From positions 3,985-67,984 of the forward strand of contig JAKAFM010000001.1 in assembly GCA_021817905.1 (NCBI GenBank): 64,000 nt of DNA, given 5' to 3'. Source of the stretch: a bacterium (GTDB lineage Bacteria > Patescibacteriota > Microgenomatia > UBA12405). The position numbers and the translations under genes are program-made. Of the stretch, positions 30,051 to 40,751 are shown in pieces (position 1 is the first letter of the stretch; every line of letters starts with the position of its first letter). The notes beneath the pieces are model-generated. The model saw only the letters and a list, made by a program, of their open reading frames with translations, did not search any database and was not told the DNA's origin.

Positions 30051-30614
30051 GTGAAACCTGAGTTAACTAAACACCTTATACCACTCTCTCTTGTCTTGCT
30101 ACTTACCTCAACCATCTGGATTGTTGGCCACGTTACCTGGATCAATTTTGTGCTTTTAATTGTTGGCCTCAGTCTTGGGGCATTTTTTCTCGACATTGAC
30201 CACCTTATTTACTGGCTTTATACCCACCCCCAGTTGGAAGAAAGCCGCCTGGCCCGAATTGCAATCAACAAAAAAGATGTCCGGACCCTGCTTAATTTAC
30301 TCGAATTAACCCACAAAAAACATACTAATCTTATTTTTCATCACTATATTTTCCAATTGGTACTTATTGCCTTATCACTATTTGTTTTTACCTCAACTGG
30401 TAGTATTTTTGGTATGGCCTTCTTGTTCTCCCTTAATCTTCATTTATGGATAGACGAGTTTTCCGATTTTCAAACCAATAAGATTCATCTCCAAGATTGG
30501 CTTTTTGCTCGATCTCCCAAGCAGTTGCCCCAAGCCTATTTTCCACATCTTCTTACTGCCATTGGAATATTTTTACTACTTTGTTTATGGTTACTTATCA
30601 AAACTAAACTATGA
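30051..30614 (+). CDS. Membrane protein (possible YdjM-like metal-dependent hydrolase)
   Basis: Multiple TM helices; DIDH, FHH and HLWID motifs. Confidence 0.65.
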   Translation: MKPELTKHLIPLSLVLLLTSTIWIVGHVTWINFVLLIVGLSLGAFFLDIDHLIYWLYTHPQLEESRLARIAINKKDVRTLLNLLELTHKKHTNLIFHHYIFQLVLIALSLFVFTSTGSIFGMAFLFSLNLHLWIDEFSDFQTNKIHLQDWLFARSPKQLPQAYFPHLLTAIGIFLLLCLWLLIKTKL

Positions 30615-31096
30615 ACGATCTTTTTAATCAAGTCGAAAAAGTTGTTGCCCCCGAAGAACGCAATCTTGTAGCTGATGTTGTCACGATTATGGAAAGACTT
30701 GGCGAAGATCATATTAATGATTATTCATTCTTAGTAGCTCCTATGGCCAAAGCATACGAAGGCTACCTTAAAGATTTTTTCTTACGAATCGGACTTATTG
30801 ACAAAGTAACCTATACTAATGATCGTTTTCGAGTCGGCAAAACACTTAACCCTTCCCTTCGTTATAAACGATTTTCGATTTATCAAAAATTAGCCGAAAT
30901 CGACGATTCAGGAGAAGAATTAGCTGAACTTCTCTGGGATGCCTGGAAAAAAGGAAGAAACGAAACCCTTCATTTCTTCCCCCATAATCTTAAAAAACTA
31001 AACCACGACGAAGCTCTACAACTCATCAACCAGATGTTGGAAGCCATTATGAAAGCCAACCAATTTTTAATTGATAATCCCCCCCGATTGACCTAG
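30611..31096 (+). CDS. Stand-alone HEPN/RnlA-like domain protein
   Basis: DYSFLVAPMAKAYEGYLK helix and R-X4-H motif RNETLH. Confidence 0.55.
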   Translation: MNDLFNQVEKVVAPEERNLVADVVTIMERLGEDHINDYSFLVAPMAKAYEGYLKDFFLRIGLIDKVTYTNDRFRVGKTLNPSLRYKRFSIYQKLAEIDDSGEELAELLWDAWKKGRNETLHFFPHNLKKLNHDEALQLINQMLEAIMKANQFLIDNPPRLT

Positions 31097-31116
31097 GTTG
31101 ATATTTTAGGGATAAT

Positions 31117-31314
31117 ATGACCATGTCTAAAGTTGTCGTCGACCCAATTACTTGTATTGGTTGCAGCACCTGCACCTTAGTTGATCCAGACACTTTTGTT
31201 ATGGATCAAACTGAATTTAAAGCTGTTGTCAAACAACAGCCAGAAAAAATTACTGAGGTGGTTAAGGCTGCTGTCGATTCTTGTCCAGTCGGCGCCATTT
31301 CTATTACTGATTAG
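31117..31314 (+). CDS. Ferredoxin (single cluster)
   Basis: CIGCSTC and SCPVGAI. Confidence 0.9.
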   Translation: MTMSKVVVDPITCIGCSTCTLVDPDTFVMDQTEFKAVVKQQPEKITEVVKAAVDSCPVGAISITD

Positions 31315-32144
31315 TGGCACCCATTGTGGTTAAAATCAAACCAATCCAGGTAGCCTTTATTATTGTCACCACCATTCTTTCTCTGGTTGCCTTTGCCCTG
31401 GGAAGATCGCTTCCTCTAGCTCAAAAATTTACCCCCATTGCAATGATAGTCGACAATCAATCCACTGTCATGGCCACCGATAAATCAGCTCAGCCAACGC
31501 TTAACTTTTATCTCATGAGTTTTTGTCCGGGGAGTCATCAGTTAATTCAATCCCTCCAACCGGTTGCTAAACTTTTTGGTCAAAAGGTCAATTTTCAACC
31601 CCACTACCTTTTTAGTCAAATTGACAATCTAGCTTCTTATTGTCAGCAAAAGCCGCTTTCCCAACGCAACACTTGTCTCAATGAAAATAATTATCTTAGA
31701 TCCACCGACAACTTACGCTTTGGATCAACTAACGGGAGATCTGAAATTAACGAAAATATCCGTGAACTTTGTGCTTGGACAACAACTAATGATAAAAGCC
31801 TATGGTGGCAATTCATAAAAAAAATTGACACCAATTGCACCCCCGCAAATATCGACAGTTGTTGGTCTGACCAGGCCAAAACCGCCGGCCTTGATACTAC
31901 CAAAATTACCGAATGTCTTAACACTAATGGCATTACCATCATTAAAAACGAAATAACCCAATCTTCCAACGTTACTGCTTCACCACAATTATCAATTAAT
32001 GGCCGCCAACTCACCCTTCAATCACTTCAACCCAACACAATTAAAGAGACACTCTGTTCAGCATTCAATACCCCGCCCGATATCTGCCAAACAGTTTTAC
32101 CAACTATTAAAACTAATAACACTATTCAAAACTGTCAACTATGA
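31314..32144 (+). CDS. Membrane-anchored Cys-rich thioredoxin-fold protein
   Basis: TM helix, FYLMSFCP, cis-Pro-like SPQLSING, many cysteines. Confidence 0.65.
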   Translation: MAPIVVKIKPIQVAFIIVTTILSLVAFALGRSLPLAQKFTPIAMIVDNQSTVMATDKSAQPTLNFYLMSFCPGSHQLIQSLQPVAKLFGQKVNFQPHYLFSQIDNLASYCQQKPLSQRNTCLNENNYLRSTDNLRFGSTNGRSEINENIRELCAWTTTNDKSLWWQFIKKIDTNCTPANIDSCWSDQAKTAGLDTTKITECLNTNGITIIKNEITQSSNVTASPQLSINGRQLTLQSLQPNTIKETLCSAFNTPPDICQTVLPTIKTNNTIQNCQL

Positions 32145-32683
32145 CCAAACTTAATTCCCATCAATTACGAGCCAGCAGAGAAGTGGAGTCGCTCAAAATG
32201 GCCAAAGAACTTCCGCGCAACCCCTTAATCTTAGTTTTAGATAATATTCAAGATACCTACAATATCGGCTCTTTTTTTCGTCTAGCCGATGCTTTAGCAG
32301 TCGAGAAAATATATTTATGTGGCCAGGTCATCACTCCACCCAATATTAAAATTCACCGCGCTTCTATTGGCACCTGGAAAGTTGTTCCCTGGGAAAACGT
32401 GTATTCAACACCAGATTGTCTTAAACAGCTTAAAACCGAAGGTTATCAAATCGTCGGCTGCGAACAGACAAAAAAGAGTATTACCTATAATCAGGCAAAC
32501 TACAAATTTCCCATCGCCTTGGTTGCCGGCAATGAGCAAGAGGGGATAGGGGATTCTACATTAGCACTTTGCGATATTGTCACCGAAATTCCCATGTTTG
32601 GCATCAATAAATCATTAAATACCCTCGTCGCCACCTCAATAATTGGCTATGAAATCGTTAACCGACTTAGTCATAAAAATTAG
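32141..32683 (+). CDS. TrmH/SpoU family RNA methyltransferase
   Basis: LDNIQDTYNIGSFFR, GNEQEGI, IPMFG..SLN. Confidence 0.92.
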   Translation: MTKLNSHQLRASREVESLKMAKELPRNPLILVLDNIQDTYNIGSFFRLADALAVEKIYLCGQVITPPNIKIHRASIGTWKVVPWENVYSTPDCLKQLKTEGYQIVGCEQTKKSITYNQANYKFPIALVAGNEQEGIGDSTLALCDIVTEIPMFGINKSLNTLVATSIIGYEIVNRLSHKN

Positions 32684-32752
32684 TCGGTAAGATCCGGTTT
32701 TTTTGTTATATACTTCAAGATATTATACCTATCTTTCCAAGTATTTTGCGTA

Positions 32753-32781
32753 TTGTAAAGCAAAAATTGCCGTGATACTAT
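32753..32781 (+). promoter_or_regulatory. Putative gyrB promoter
   Basis: TTGTAA, 17 nt, extended TGn-TACTAT. Confidence 0.5.
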
Positions 32782-32832
32782 GGATTACGCCTTAATTATG
32801 AACGAATTAACTTTTAGACTTTAGATTAACTT

Positions 32833-34770
32833 ATGCCAACTGATACTACGTATACCTCTGAGCAAATCATCGTCCTTGAGGGGCTTGAACCTGTTCGCAA
32901 ACGCCCCGCCATGTATATCGGCTCCACCGACTTTCACGGTCTTCATCATTGTGTCTCCGAAATTATCGACAATTCCAATGACGAAGCTTTAGCTGGTTAC
33001 GCCAAAAATGTCTGGGTAGTTTTGCACGCCGATGACACCGTTACGGTTGCTGATGATGGCCGGGGTATTCCCGTCGATATTATGCCAAAATATAAAAAAC
33101 CTGCCCTTGAGGTTATTATGACCACGCTTCATTCCGGTGGTAAGTTTGAAGGAGCCGCCTACAAAGTTTCCGGCGGTCTTCATGGAGTTGGTGCTGCCTG
33201 TGTTAACGCCTTATCCACTAGCTATCAAGTTGAAGTCAGACGTGATCAAAAAATACTCTTCATGGAATTTAGTAAAGGTACTACTAAAACAAAACTAACC
33301 GAAATACCCGAAAGTAAAATTGCATTAATTCGTAAATTAATTCCTGCCGGAACTACGGGCACAACCACCACCTTTAAGCCTGATCCAGAAATTTTTAAGG
33401 AAACCGTCGAGTTTGATCATAAGATTATTGCCAAAACACTTAAAGATCGTGCTTATCTTACCAGCAAAATCTATTTTCATTTCTACGATGAGAAAAAGGG
33501 TTCGCAGGTTCATTATTATTTTGAAGGTGGTATTGTCTCCTTACTTCGGGAATTGAATAAAAATAAAGTTACTTTACACGAGCCCATTTATATCCAAAGA
33601 GAGGAGGGGATTGTCAATGTCGAAATTGCCATTCAATACAACGATACTTTCAATGAAAACACACCTTCATATGTCAACATCATCAATACTACCGAAGGCG
33701 GTTCCCATGTCACAGGTTTTAAAATAGCCTTAACTAAGGCTATTAAAGATTATGCCACCCGCAAAGAGCTGATGAAAAATAAAGAAGACAGTATTACCGG
33801 CGAAGATGTTCGCGAGGGGCTAACTGCCGTTTTGTCGTTACGCATTCCCTCCAAAGATCTCCAATTCGAAGGTCAAACCAAATCAAAACTCGGCAACTCC
33901 GAAATTCAACCATTAGTTGCCAAAGTTGTCAAAGATGCCCTTGATAACTACTTTGAAGAGCACCCCGATGTGGCTAAGGTAATTGTTTCCAAGAGCCTAT
34001 TAGCTATTCAGGTTCGTAAAGCCGCTAAAGCCGCCAAAGATGCCATCATGCGCAAAGGCGCCTTTGATTCGTTAGGTCTTCCCGGAAAACTTGCCGACTG
34101 CCAATCAAAACATCCTGAAGAATGTGAAATTTACATTGTCGAAGGAGATTCCGCCGGAGGTTCAGCCAAGCAGGGGAGAGACCGCAAATTTCAAGCCATA
34201 TTACCACTTTGGGGAAAAGCCCTTAACACCGAAGGTATGCGCCTTGATAAAATTGTCGGTTCCGACAAACTTAAAGATCTTATTATTGCCCTTGGGATGG
34301 GAATTGGTGACACACTAGATCCCACCAAACTTCGCTATCATCGAATTATTATTATGTCAGATGCTGATGTTGATGGCGCCCATATTGCCACCTTGCTTTT
34401 AACATTTCTTTATCGACACATGCCCAACACAGTTCTAGACGGTCACGTTTATTTGGCCATGCCACCGCTCTATCGTATTAAACACGAAAAAACTACCAAA
34501 TATGTTTATACTGATGAAGAAAAAGAAAAGTACTTACAAAAAATCGACGGCGCCAAATACGATATTCAGCGCTACAAAGGTTTAGGGGAAATGAACCCTC
34601 AACAATTGTGGGATACAACCATGAATCCCGAAACCAGGTCCCTCAAAAAAGTCAATGTTGCCGATGCCATTAAAGCCGATGAAATGTTTACTATTTTAAT
34701 GGGTGAAGAAGTCCCTCCCCGCAAAAAATTCATCACTTCTCATGCCCACCTAGCAACGCTGGATATATAA
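32833..34770 (+). CDS. gyrB: DNA gyrase subunit B
   Basis: VRKRPAMYIG, DDGRGIP, GGLHGVG, EGDSAGG, DADVDG, RYKGLGEMN. Confidence 0.98.
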   Translation: MPTDTTYTSEQIIVLEGLEPVRKRPAMYIGSTDFHGLHHCVSEIIDNSNDEALAGYAKNVWVVLHADDTVTVADDGRGIPVDIMPKYKKPALEVIMTTLHSGGKFEGAAYKVSGGLHGVGAACVNALSTSYQVEVRRDQKILFMEFSKGTTKTKLTEIPESKIALIRKLIPAGTTGTTTTFKPDPEIFKETVEFDHKIIAKTLKDRAYLTSKIYFHFYDEKKGSQVHYYFEGGIVSLLRELNKNKVTLHEPIYIQREEGIVNVEIAIQYNDTFNENTPSYVNIINTTEGGSHVTGFKIALTKAIKDYATRKELMKNKEDSITGEDVREGLTAVLSLRIPSKDLQFEGQTKSKLGNSEIQPLVAKVVKDALDNYFEEHPDVAKVIVSKSLLAIQVRKAAKAAKDAIMRKGAFDSLGLPGKLADCQSKHPEECEIYIVEGDSAGGSAKQGRDRKFQAILPLWGKALNTEGMRLDKIVGSDKLKDLIIALGMGIGDTLDPTKLRYHRIIIMSDADVDGAHIATLLLTFLYRHMPNTVLDGHVYLAMPPLYRIKHEKTTKYVYTDEEKEKYLQKIDGAKYDIQRYKGLGEMNPQQLWDTTMNPETRSLKKVNVADAIKADEMFTILMGEEVPPRKKFITSHAHLATLDI

Positions 34771-34794
34771 TCAAAAATAATTTATAACCAACTC

Positions 34795-37437
34795 ATGCCA
34801 GACGCACCAAAAAAAACTCCCTATATTGCCACTAATAATACAGGCAGAATCATCGAAACCGACATTGTTCCCGAAATGGAAAAGTCCTACTTGGATTACG
34901 CCATGTCAGTTATCGTTGCTCGGGCCTTACCTGATGTCCGTGATGGTTTAAAGCCCGTCCACCGTCGCATCATCTATGCTATGGATAAAATGGGTCTAAC
35001 CCCGGGTGGTCGCAACTACAAGTCCGCAGCTGTCGTTGGAGAGGTCTTAAAATCGTTCCATCCCCACGGAGATATGGCTGTCTATATGTCACTCGTCCGT
35101 ATGGCCCAAGATTTTTCTCTGCGCTACCCCTTAGTTAAAGGGCAGGGGAACTTCGGCTCAATTGATGGTGATCCTCCCGCCGCTATGCGTTACACCGAAG
35201 TTCGCATGACTAGACTTACTATGGAAATGGTAGCCGACATCGACAAAGAAACGGTCGATATGGTTCCCAACTATGATGCCACCCTTGAAGAACCATCAGT
35301 TCTTCCGGCACGTATTCCCAACCTACTTCTCAATGGCGCCGATGGTATCGCTGTTGGCATGGCTACTCGCATCCCACCCCACAATCTAAAAGAAATATGC
35401 CTTGCTATCGACCATATTCTTCACCATACGACAATCGAAAAACACGCCAATACTGAATTTGAACTCAAACCCATAGTTACCTCTCAATCAACCACCCAAG
35501 ACATTGTCTTAAAAGATGTCTATGAGCTTGAACATCAAAAATATTTACTTGAAACCACGGCCACCGTCGAGCAACTGGTTACTTTTGTTCAAGGTCCTGA
35601 TTTTCCCACTGCCGGTGAAATTTTTGGCAAAACCGGTATCGTCGAAATGTATAATACCGGCCATGGTAAATTTGACATTCGTGGCAAAACCAGTATTGAA
35701 ACCACAAAACTAGGAAAGATGCGCATTATTATTACCGAACTCCCGTATCAGGTCAACAAAGCTGAGTTTGTTAAAAAAATTGCCGATCTTGCTCGTGATA
35801 AAAAAATCATCGGCATTTCTGATTTGCGCGACGAATCCGACCGTCACGGCATCCGCGTTGTTGTTGAAATCCGTAAAAATGGCAAACCAAAATCAATTCT
35901 AAACAAGCTGTTCAAATACACCCCCCTTCAAAGTTCATATTCCGCCAACATGTTGGCCTTAGTTGATGGTATCCCTCAGACTCTTAATCTTCGCCAAATG
36001 TTGTTGCTCTTCCTTCGCCATCGTGAACAAATTATCCGCCGACTAACAATCCACGATTTAAAAGGTGCCAAAATGCGTGCCCATATTTTGGAAGGTCTCA
36101 AGAAAGCTCTCGACGTGCTTGATGAGGTCATCAAAACCATTCGTGCCTCTGCCACCGCTGAAATTGCTAAAGAGAATTTAATGACCAAGTTTAAATTTAC
36201 AGATCTTCAGGCCGCTGCCATTCTCGAAATGCAACTCCGCCGCCTGGCCGCACTTGAACGCCAAAAACTGGAAGAAGAATACCATCAGCTTATGGACACC
36301 ATTAGTGGCTTTTTAGCCCTCTTGACCCAACCAGACAAAATGATTGCCCGCCTCATTGCCGAAAATAACGAAATAATAGAAAAATACGGTGATCCCAGAC
36401 TAACTAAGATTTACGTTCGCGGACTTGAAGAAATTAAAGAAGAAGATCTGGTTCCTAATGAAGAAGTTTTGGTGACCATTACTAAAAGTGGTTATATTAA
36501 GCGCGTCCCTCGCGATACCTACCGCACTCAAGCCCGGGGCGGAAAAGGAATCAGCGGCATGACCACTAAGACTGAAGACGAAGTTGAGACAATGCTTTCA
36601 GTCGAAACCCACGACGACCTGCTTTTCTTTACCAATCGAGGCCGGGTTTTTAAAACTAAGGTCTGGGATCTTCCCGAAAGCAGTCGTCAAGCCAAAGGTA
36701 TGGCCGTTATTAACCTTATCAATATCCTCCAAGGGGAAACCATTCAAACCGTTTTACCGCTCAACTCCCTTTCAAAAGCCAAATTTATCATCTTAGCCAC
36801 CAAAAAAGGCACTATTAAAAAAACATCACTGGATAAATTTAAAAACATACGACTAACTGGCCTGGCCGCTATCAAGCTTGACACCGGCGACGAATTATCA
36901 TGGGCAAAAGTCACTTCCGGCAAAGACCAGATCTTTTTGGTCACACATACTGGCAAATGTATCCGCTTTAGTGAAAACGATATCCGCCCCATGGGTCGTC
37001 ACACGCGGGGAGTCCGAGGAATAATGCTGAAAGATAATGACCTAGTTGTCAGTATGGACGTTATTCCCGAAGTCCTTGACAGTAGTTCTAAAAAAGATTT
37101 TCGCCATCTCTTAACAGTCACTGAAAATGGTATTGGCAAACGCTCCGACGTTTATCAATACCCTCTCCAAAAACGAGGGGGTGTTGGAGTTAAAGTCAGT
37201 AATCTCTCAGAAAAAACAGGTAAAATTGCCGTTGCCCAGGTTGTCAATCAAAATTCCGATCAAATTCTCCTGGTCTCCCGCAAAGCTGTCACCATAAAAT
37301 TACCACTCAAGAATATCCCCACCCTCAATCGCAACACGAGGGGAGTTATCCTCATGCGCCTGAAAACCGGTGAAGACAAAGTCACTAGTTTAACCGTATT
37401 AGAAGCCACAAACGAGCCAGAGACTAAGAATAACTAA
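34795..37437 (+). CDS. gyrA: DNA gyrase subunit A
   Basis: [21 protein letters not shown] catalytic Tyr, GyrA-box QARGGKG, beta-pinwheel repeats. Confidence 0.98.
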   Translation: MPDAPKKTPYIATNNTGRIIETDIVPEMEKSYLDYAMSVIVARALPDVRDGLKPVHRRIIYAMDKMGLTPGGRNYKSAAVVGEVLKSFHPHGDMAVYMSLVRMAQDFSLRYPLVKGQGNFGSIDGDPPAAMRYTEVRMTRLTMEMVADIDKETVDMVPNYDATLEEPSVLPARIPNLLLNGADGIAVGMATRIPPHNLKEICLAIDHILHHTTIEKHANTEFELKPIVTSQSTTQDIVLKDVYELEHQKYLLETTATVEQLVTFVQGPDFPTAGEIFGKTGIVEMYNTGHGKFDIRGKTSIETTKLGKMRIIITELPYQVNKAEFVKKIADLARDKKIIGISDLRDESDRHGIRVVVEIRKNGKPKSILNKLFKYTPLQSSYSANMLALVDGIPQTLNLRQMLLLFLRHREQIIRRLTIHDLKGAKMRAHILEGLKKALDVLDEVIKTIRASATAEIAKENLMTKFKFTDLQAAAILEMQLRRLAALERQKLEEEYHQLMDTISGFLALLTQPDKMIARLIAENNEIIEKYGDPRLTKIYVRGLEEIKEEDLVPNEEVLVTITKSGYIKRVPRDTYRTQARGGKGISGMTTKTEDEVETMLSVETHDDLLFFTNRGRVFKTKVWDLPESSRQAKGMAVINLINILQGETIQTVLPLNSLSKAKFIILATKKGTIKKTSLDKFKNIRLTGLAAIKLDTGDELSWAKVTSGKDQIFLVTHTGKCIRFSENDIRPMGRHTRGVRGIMLKDNDLVVSMDVIPEVLDSSSKKDFRHLLTVTENGIGKRSDVYQYPLQKRGGVGVKVSNLSEKTGKIAVAQVVNQNSDQILLVSRKAVTIKLPLKNIPTLNRNTRGVILMRLKTGEDKVTSLTVLEATNEPETKNN

Positions 37438-37439
37438 AA

Positions 37440-37650
37440 CTATAGGACTATATATATGCAATATTATAGGACTATATATACTTATAGACACTTTTTAGCA
37501 TACAGAGTAGGGGACTGCTATCCTTGTTTCCGTTTTAATTTTAGGCGTATTATAAGGATAAATTAACTATATCTAAAGCTGATAGTAGGGGAGTTAAGGC
37601 TACTTTACCAAAAAACCTAAAAGTCGTCCATTATAGGACATATATATTAC
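37440..37650. repeat. Cluster of (T)TATAGGAC motifs downstream of the Xer gene
   Basis: Copies at ~37441, 37464, 37482 (variant TTATAGAC) and 37631, several followed by TATATA. Confidence 0.7.
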
Positions 37651-37658
37651 ATATCTTT

Positions 37659-38591
37659 CTATTTATTTCCACTATGAAATTTATCGTGTACTTCGCGTAA
37701 GTGAGCATCTGTAACGTGGGTATAGACCTGTGTCGTAATTATATTCTTATGACCAAGTAATTCCTGGATCGACCGCAGATCAGCACCAGCTAACAAGAGA
37801 TCCGTCGCCATTGAATGACGTAGGGTATGAGGTGTAGCATCAACCGGCAATCTTGCCTTACGCACATAGTGCTTCATTAAACGCTGAATTGAACGTACCG
37901 ATAGCCGGACGTCTTTATCAGTCATAGTTATAGAGACTTTGCCACCAAAACGAATAAACAATGGTTTAAACTTATCCGTCCGAGCCCGAAGGTAACGTCC
38001 AACATAAATAGCTGCCTGTTTTGAAATAAACACTACCCGTGATTTGCCACCCTTACCAACAACCCCAAACTCCCGTGTTTCCAAATTAATCCGATCACGG
38101 TCTAAACCTGCCAACTCCGATACCCGCAAACCCGTTGAAAACAATAACTCTAAAATAGCCTTATCTCGAAGTCCCTCTTTGGTCGATAGTAATGGTTGGT
38201 TAAGCAATAACTGCATTTGCTCTGAATTTAAAAATTTTAACGAATGGTCCTTATTTTTGGGAACGTCTAATTTTTCAGGAGCTAGAACCACATAATCCTT
38301 TTTAATCAACCATTTAAGAAACGAACGCAGAGCAATAATATAATAGCCTTGGGTAACAATCTTCAATTGACCAACTGTCCCATCAAGATGACTCAAATAA
38401 ACTCTAAATTTACGCACCCAATCACCATCAATATCAGCCACCACCGGCGGTCTCGTAAGATTACTTTTTAAATAATCATAAAATACGGTCAAGTAATGAC
38501 GATAGTTGCGGATTGTCAACCGTGAACAATTTCTCTCTATCTCCAGATGTTCCAAAAACTGTTCTATCAAAACTGACAAATTTACCTCCAT
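37659..38591 (-). CDS. xerC: XerC/XerD-family tyrosine recombinase
   Basis: SAM-like N-domain, TGLRVSEL, GKGGKSR, HTLRHS, LLGH, TQVYT; TATACT 7 nt before the ATG at 38591. Confidence 0.9.
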   Translation of the reverse strand: MEVNLSVLIEQFLEHLEIERNCSRLTIRNYRHYLTVFYDYLKSNLTRPPVVADIDGDWVRKFRVYLSHLDGTVGQLKIVTQGYYIIALRSFLKWLIKKDYVVLAPEKLDVPKNKDHSLKFLNSEQMQLLLNQPLLSTKEGLRDKAILELLFSTGLRVSELAGLDRDRINLETREFGVVGKGGKSRVVFISKQAAIYVGRYLRARTDKFKPLFIRFGGKVSITMTDKDVRLSVRSIQRLMKHYVRKARLPVDATPHTLRHSMATDLLLAGADLRSIQELLGHKNIITTQVYTHVTDAHLREVHDKFHSGNK

Positions 38592-39274
38592 AGATACCAG
38601 TATAACCCAAATCGTGCGTCTAATGGGCTCACACGAAGTCAATATAAATATTAGCCTTAGTTTACGTATTATTTATATATTTACTCTTTTAAGAGTGGTC
38701 CGGAGAAGTCAAATAACCAAATTTGAACCTAAAACCAAAAAATCAAGCAATTTTAAGCAACTTAGCCTCCGGGGAGGTATTTTACGATCTTTAGATCTTT
38801 TAAAAAAAATATAAAAATATAAACAACATAATTATTTTAATTAAATTCAAAAAAATAACACTCCTCTGCCGTCAAAATGAATAGAAGTCGCAAAAGATAC
38901 ATTGTGCGACATATAAAAAGTGTCTTCCCCAATCAGAGGACAGTACTAAATAGTATTACCCAAGGAATAGGAACTATATCCACAAATAAACAAATAATGT
39001 ATTCGATACGTAAATAACAGCACCACCTCACCTATACAAGACCCTCTCTCCATCTAGCAGACCTATACTCCTCTGCCAAAGTTATCCACACAGACTATAT
39101 CATGCTATATCATCAAAGCTAAACTATATCAATATATATCATTCGTGAAAATTATAGGATAAATTGTGAAAATTATTTAATATTATAGGATTCAATATTA
39201 TAGGACACTTCCCTACTCTCCTATCAACTTACAAAAAATATTTCTATCTTTAGGCTAATTTAAAATTCAAATAA
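38592..39274. other. ~680 bp AT-rich non-coding region with repeats
   Basis: One TTATCCACA (39082-90), three ATTATAGGA copies (39151-39205), GTGAAAATTAT x2, CTATATC x4. Confidence 0.6.
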
Positions 39275-40054
39275 TTATCGCCAACTGGTGGTTACGACTA
39301 ACGATAAAATTACAGCCACCGTAATCCAAGCGAAACCTATCCACGTCTTTCGAAACAGCCGTTCCCGTAAATCAACCTGTAACAAGCTTCCCAAAATAAA
39401 CACAGCCCAAACCAAATAGATAGACGCGTTAAATATCCCTACCGGCCAAAATGATAAAACAAGCCCCAGTTCACCTACTACCAAAGCGGGAACAATCACA
39501 TGAACCGATACATCCTTTCGCTCCCGCAATTCAGTTTCAATTGATATTACCCAATAAAGATAAGCAAATAATAATAAACCAACCAAAAAGGCAATAAGTG
39601 CATTTATTCCAAAGAAAAATCGAAATGACCATAATGAATTAAAGATAAAAAATGAAGCCAGTAGAGTTAATAATAAATTTACCGTCCAAGCTGCCCGATA
39701 AAGCGGCACGGTTTTAAAAGCCAATGCCACCAAAAAAATATTCTCAACCAAATACACAATATAAAAGATAAATGCCAAAAGCAACGAAACAAAAATCCCC
39801 AGCTCCACCGAAAATGGTAATAACATCAAAAAAAGACTATAGCCTCCAAAAAAAAGTACCGGCAATACACTGATCATAATTCGGACCATCCACGACTCCT
39901 TCCATACTCCCTCAGCAAACCAGGACAGGATAATAATTCCCAACGACAATGCCCCCAAAGCCACGTAGCGCCATTCAAAAGGCAAGCTCAACAAAAATAA
40001 TAAACCTACCGCACTAGCCGCCGAAGCAATAAAAAACCTAAACCTTTTCGGCAT
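39275..40054 (-). CDS. Multi-pass membrane protein
   Basis: About 9 hydrophobic helices; TVPLYRAA motif. Confidence 0.75.
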   Translation of the reverse strand: MPKRFRFFIASAASAVGLLFLLSLPFEWRYVALGALSLGIIILSWFAEGVWKESWMVRIMISVLPVLFFGGYSLFLMLLPFSVELGIFVSLLLAFIFYIVYLVENIFLVALAFKTVPLYRAAWTVNLLLTLLASFFIFNSLWSFRFFFGINALIAFLVGLLLFAYLYWVISIETELRERKDVSVHVIVPALVVGELGLVLSFWPVGIFNASIYLVWAVFILGSLLQVDLRERLFRKTWIGFAWITVAVILSLVVTTSWR

Positions 40055-40751
40055 AGTCCATCCCTACATAAACAGTAACAATATCCTCATTTTCTTCCAA
40101 TTCTTCCACTAATTCTATAATTTTTTCCACTTCTTCTTCTTTTTCCAACACAACCGGTACTTTACAGCGCATTACCACTTCAGCGCGTTTAACCACAAAC
40201 CCCGCTTCCTCCATAGCCTTGCGCATCGTCTCTAACCGATGACTATCAACCAACACCACCTCGCCATCAAAATCACCAGCACCCATATCAATCAAAGCCA
40301 GTTGAGAAGCCTCTGACATAGTTGTCGTTTCAATCTCCCCTACTTTCTCAAACATAAATGCCACGGAACCACTCTCTCCTAAATTACCACCATAAGAATT
40401 TAAAATCGATTTTATTTCGCCAATCGCTCTATTTTTATTATCACTCTCAACTTCGATAATCAGTGGCACGCCAAAAGGTCCAAAACCTTCAAAAATATAT
40501 GATGCCAAACGTGCCCTACGTTCCTCAAAAGACGACAGTAATCGTTCAATATTATCCTTTGGCATACTAGCTTCACGAGCCTTTTCCAAAGCCACCTTAA
40601 GATAAGCATTAACCTCCGGGTCAGTCTTTCCACCTCCTTGCCGGACAGCCGTTAAAATAAGCTTCGAAATTTTTGTAAATGTTTCGCTTCGTTTTTTATC
40701 CTGAGCACCTTTCCTATTTTTTATATTTGCCCACTTAGAATGACCTGACAT
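40038..40751 (-). CDS. yebC: YebC/PmpR family protein
   Basis: MSGHSKWANIK, EGFGP, SDNKNR, GSVAFMF. Confidence 0.95.
   Translation of the reverse strand: MSGHSKWANIKNRKGAQDKKRSETFTKISKLILTAVRQGGGKTDPEVNAYLKVALEKAREASMPKDNIERLLSSFEERRARLASYIFEGFGPFGVPLIIEVESDNKNRAIGEIKSILNSYGGNLGESGSVAFMFEKVGEIETTTMSEASQLALIDMGAGDFDGEVVLVDSHRLETMRKAMEEAGFVVKRAEVVMRCKVPVVLEKEEEVEKIIELVEELEENEDIVTVYVGMDYAEKV

Noticed and set aside
37440-37650. CRISPR array
   Set aside because: Repeats are only 8-11 nt, irregularly spaced, and no cas genes are present
37659-38591. Integron integrase or prophage integrase
   Set aside because: No IntI-specific insertion, attC-like cassettes or phage genes are recognisable; size and motifs fit a chromosomal Xer
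38592-39274. Calling this region oriC
   Set aside because: Only one perfect DnaA box, no dnaA/dnaN nearby, and the + strand looks C-rich on both sides, so no skew inversion is visible by eye
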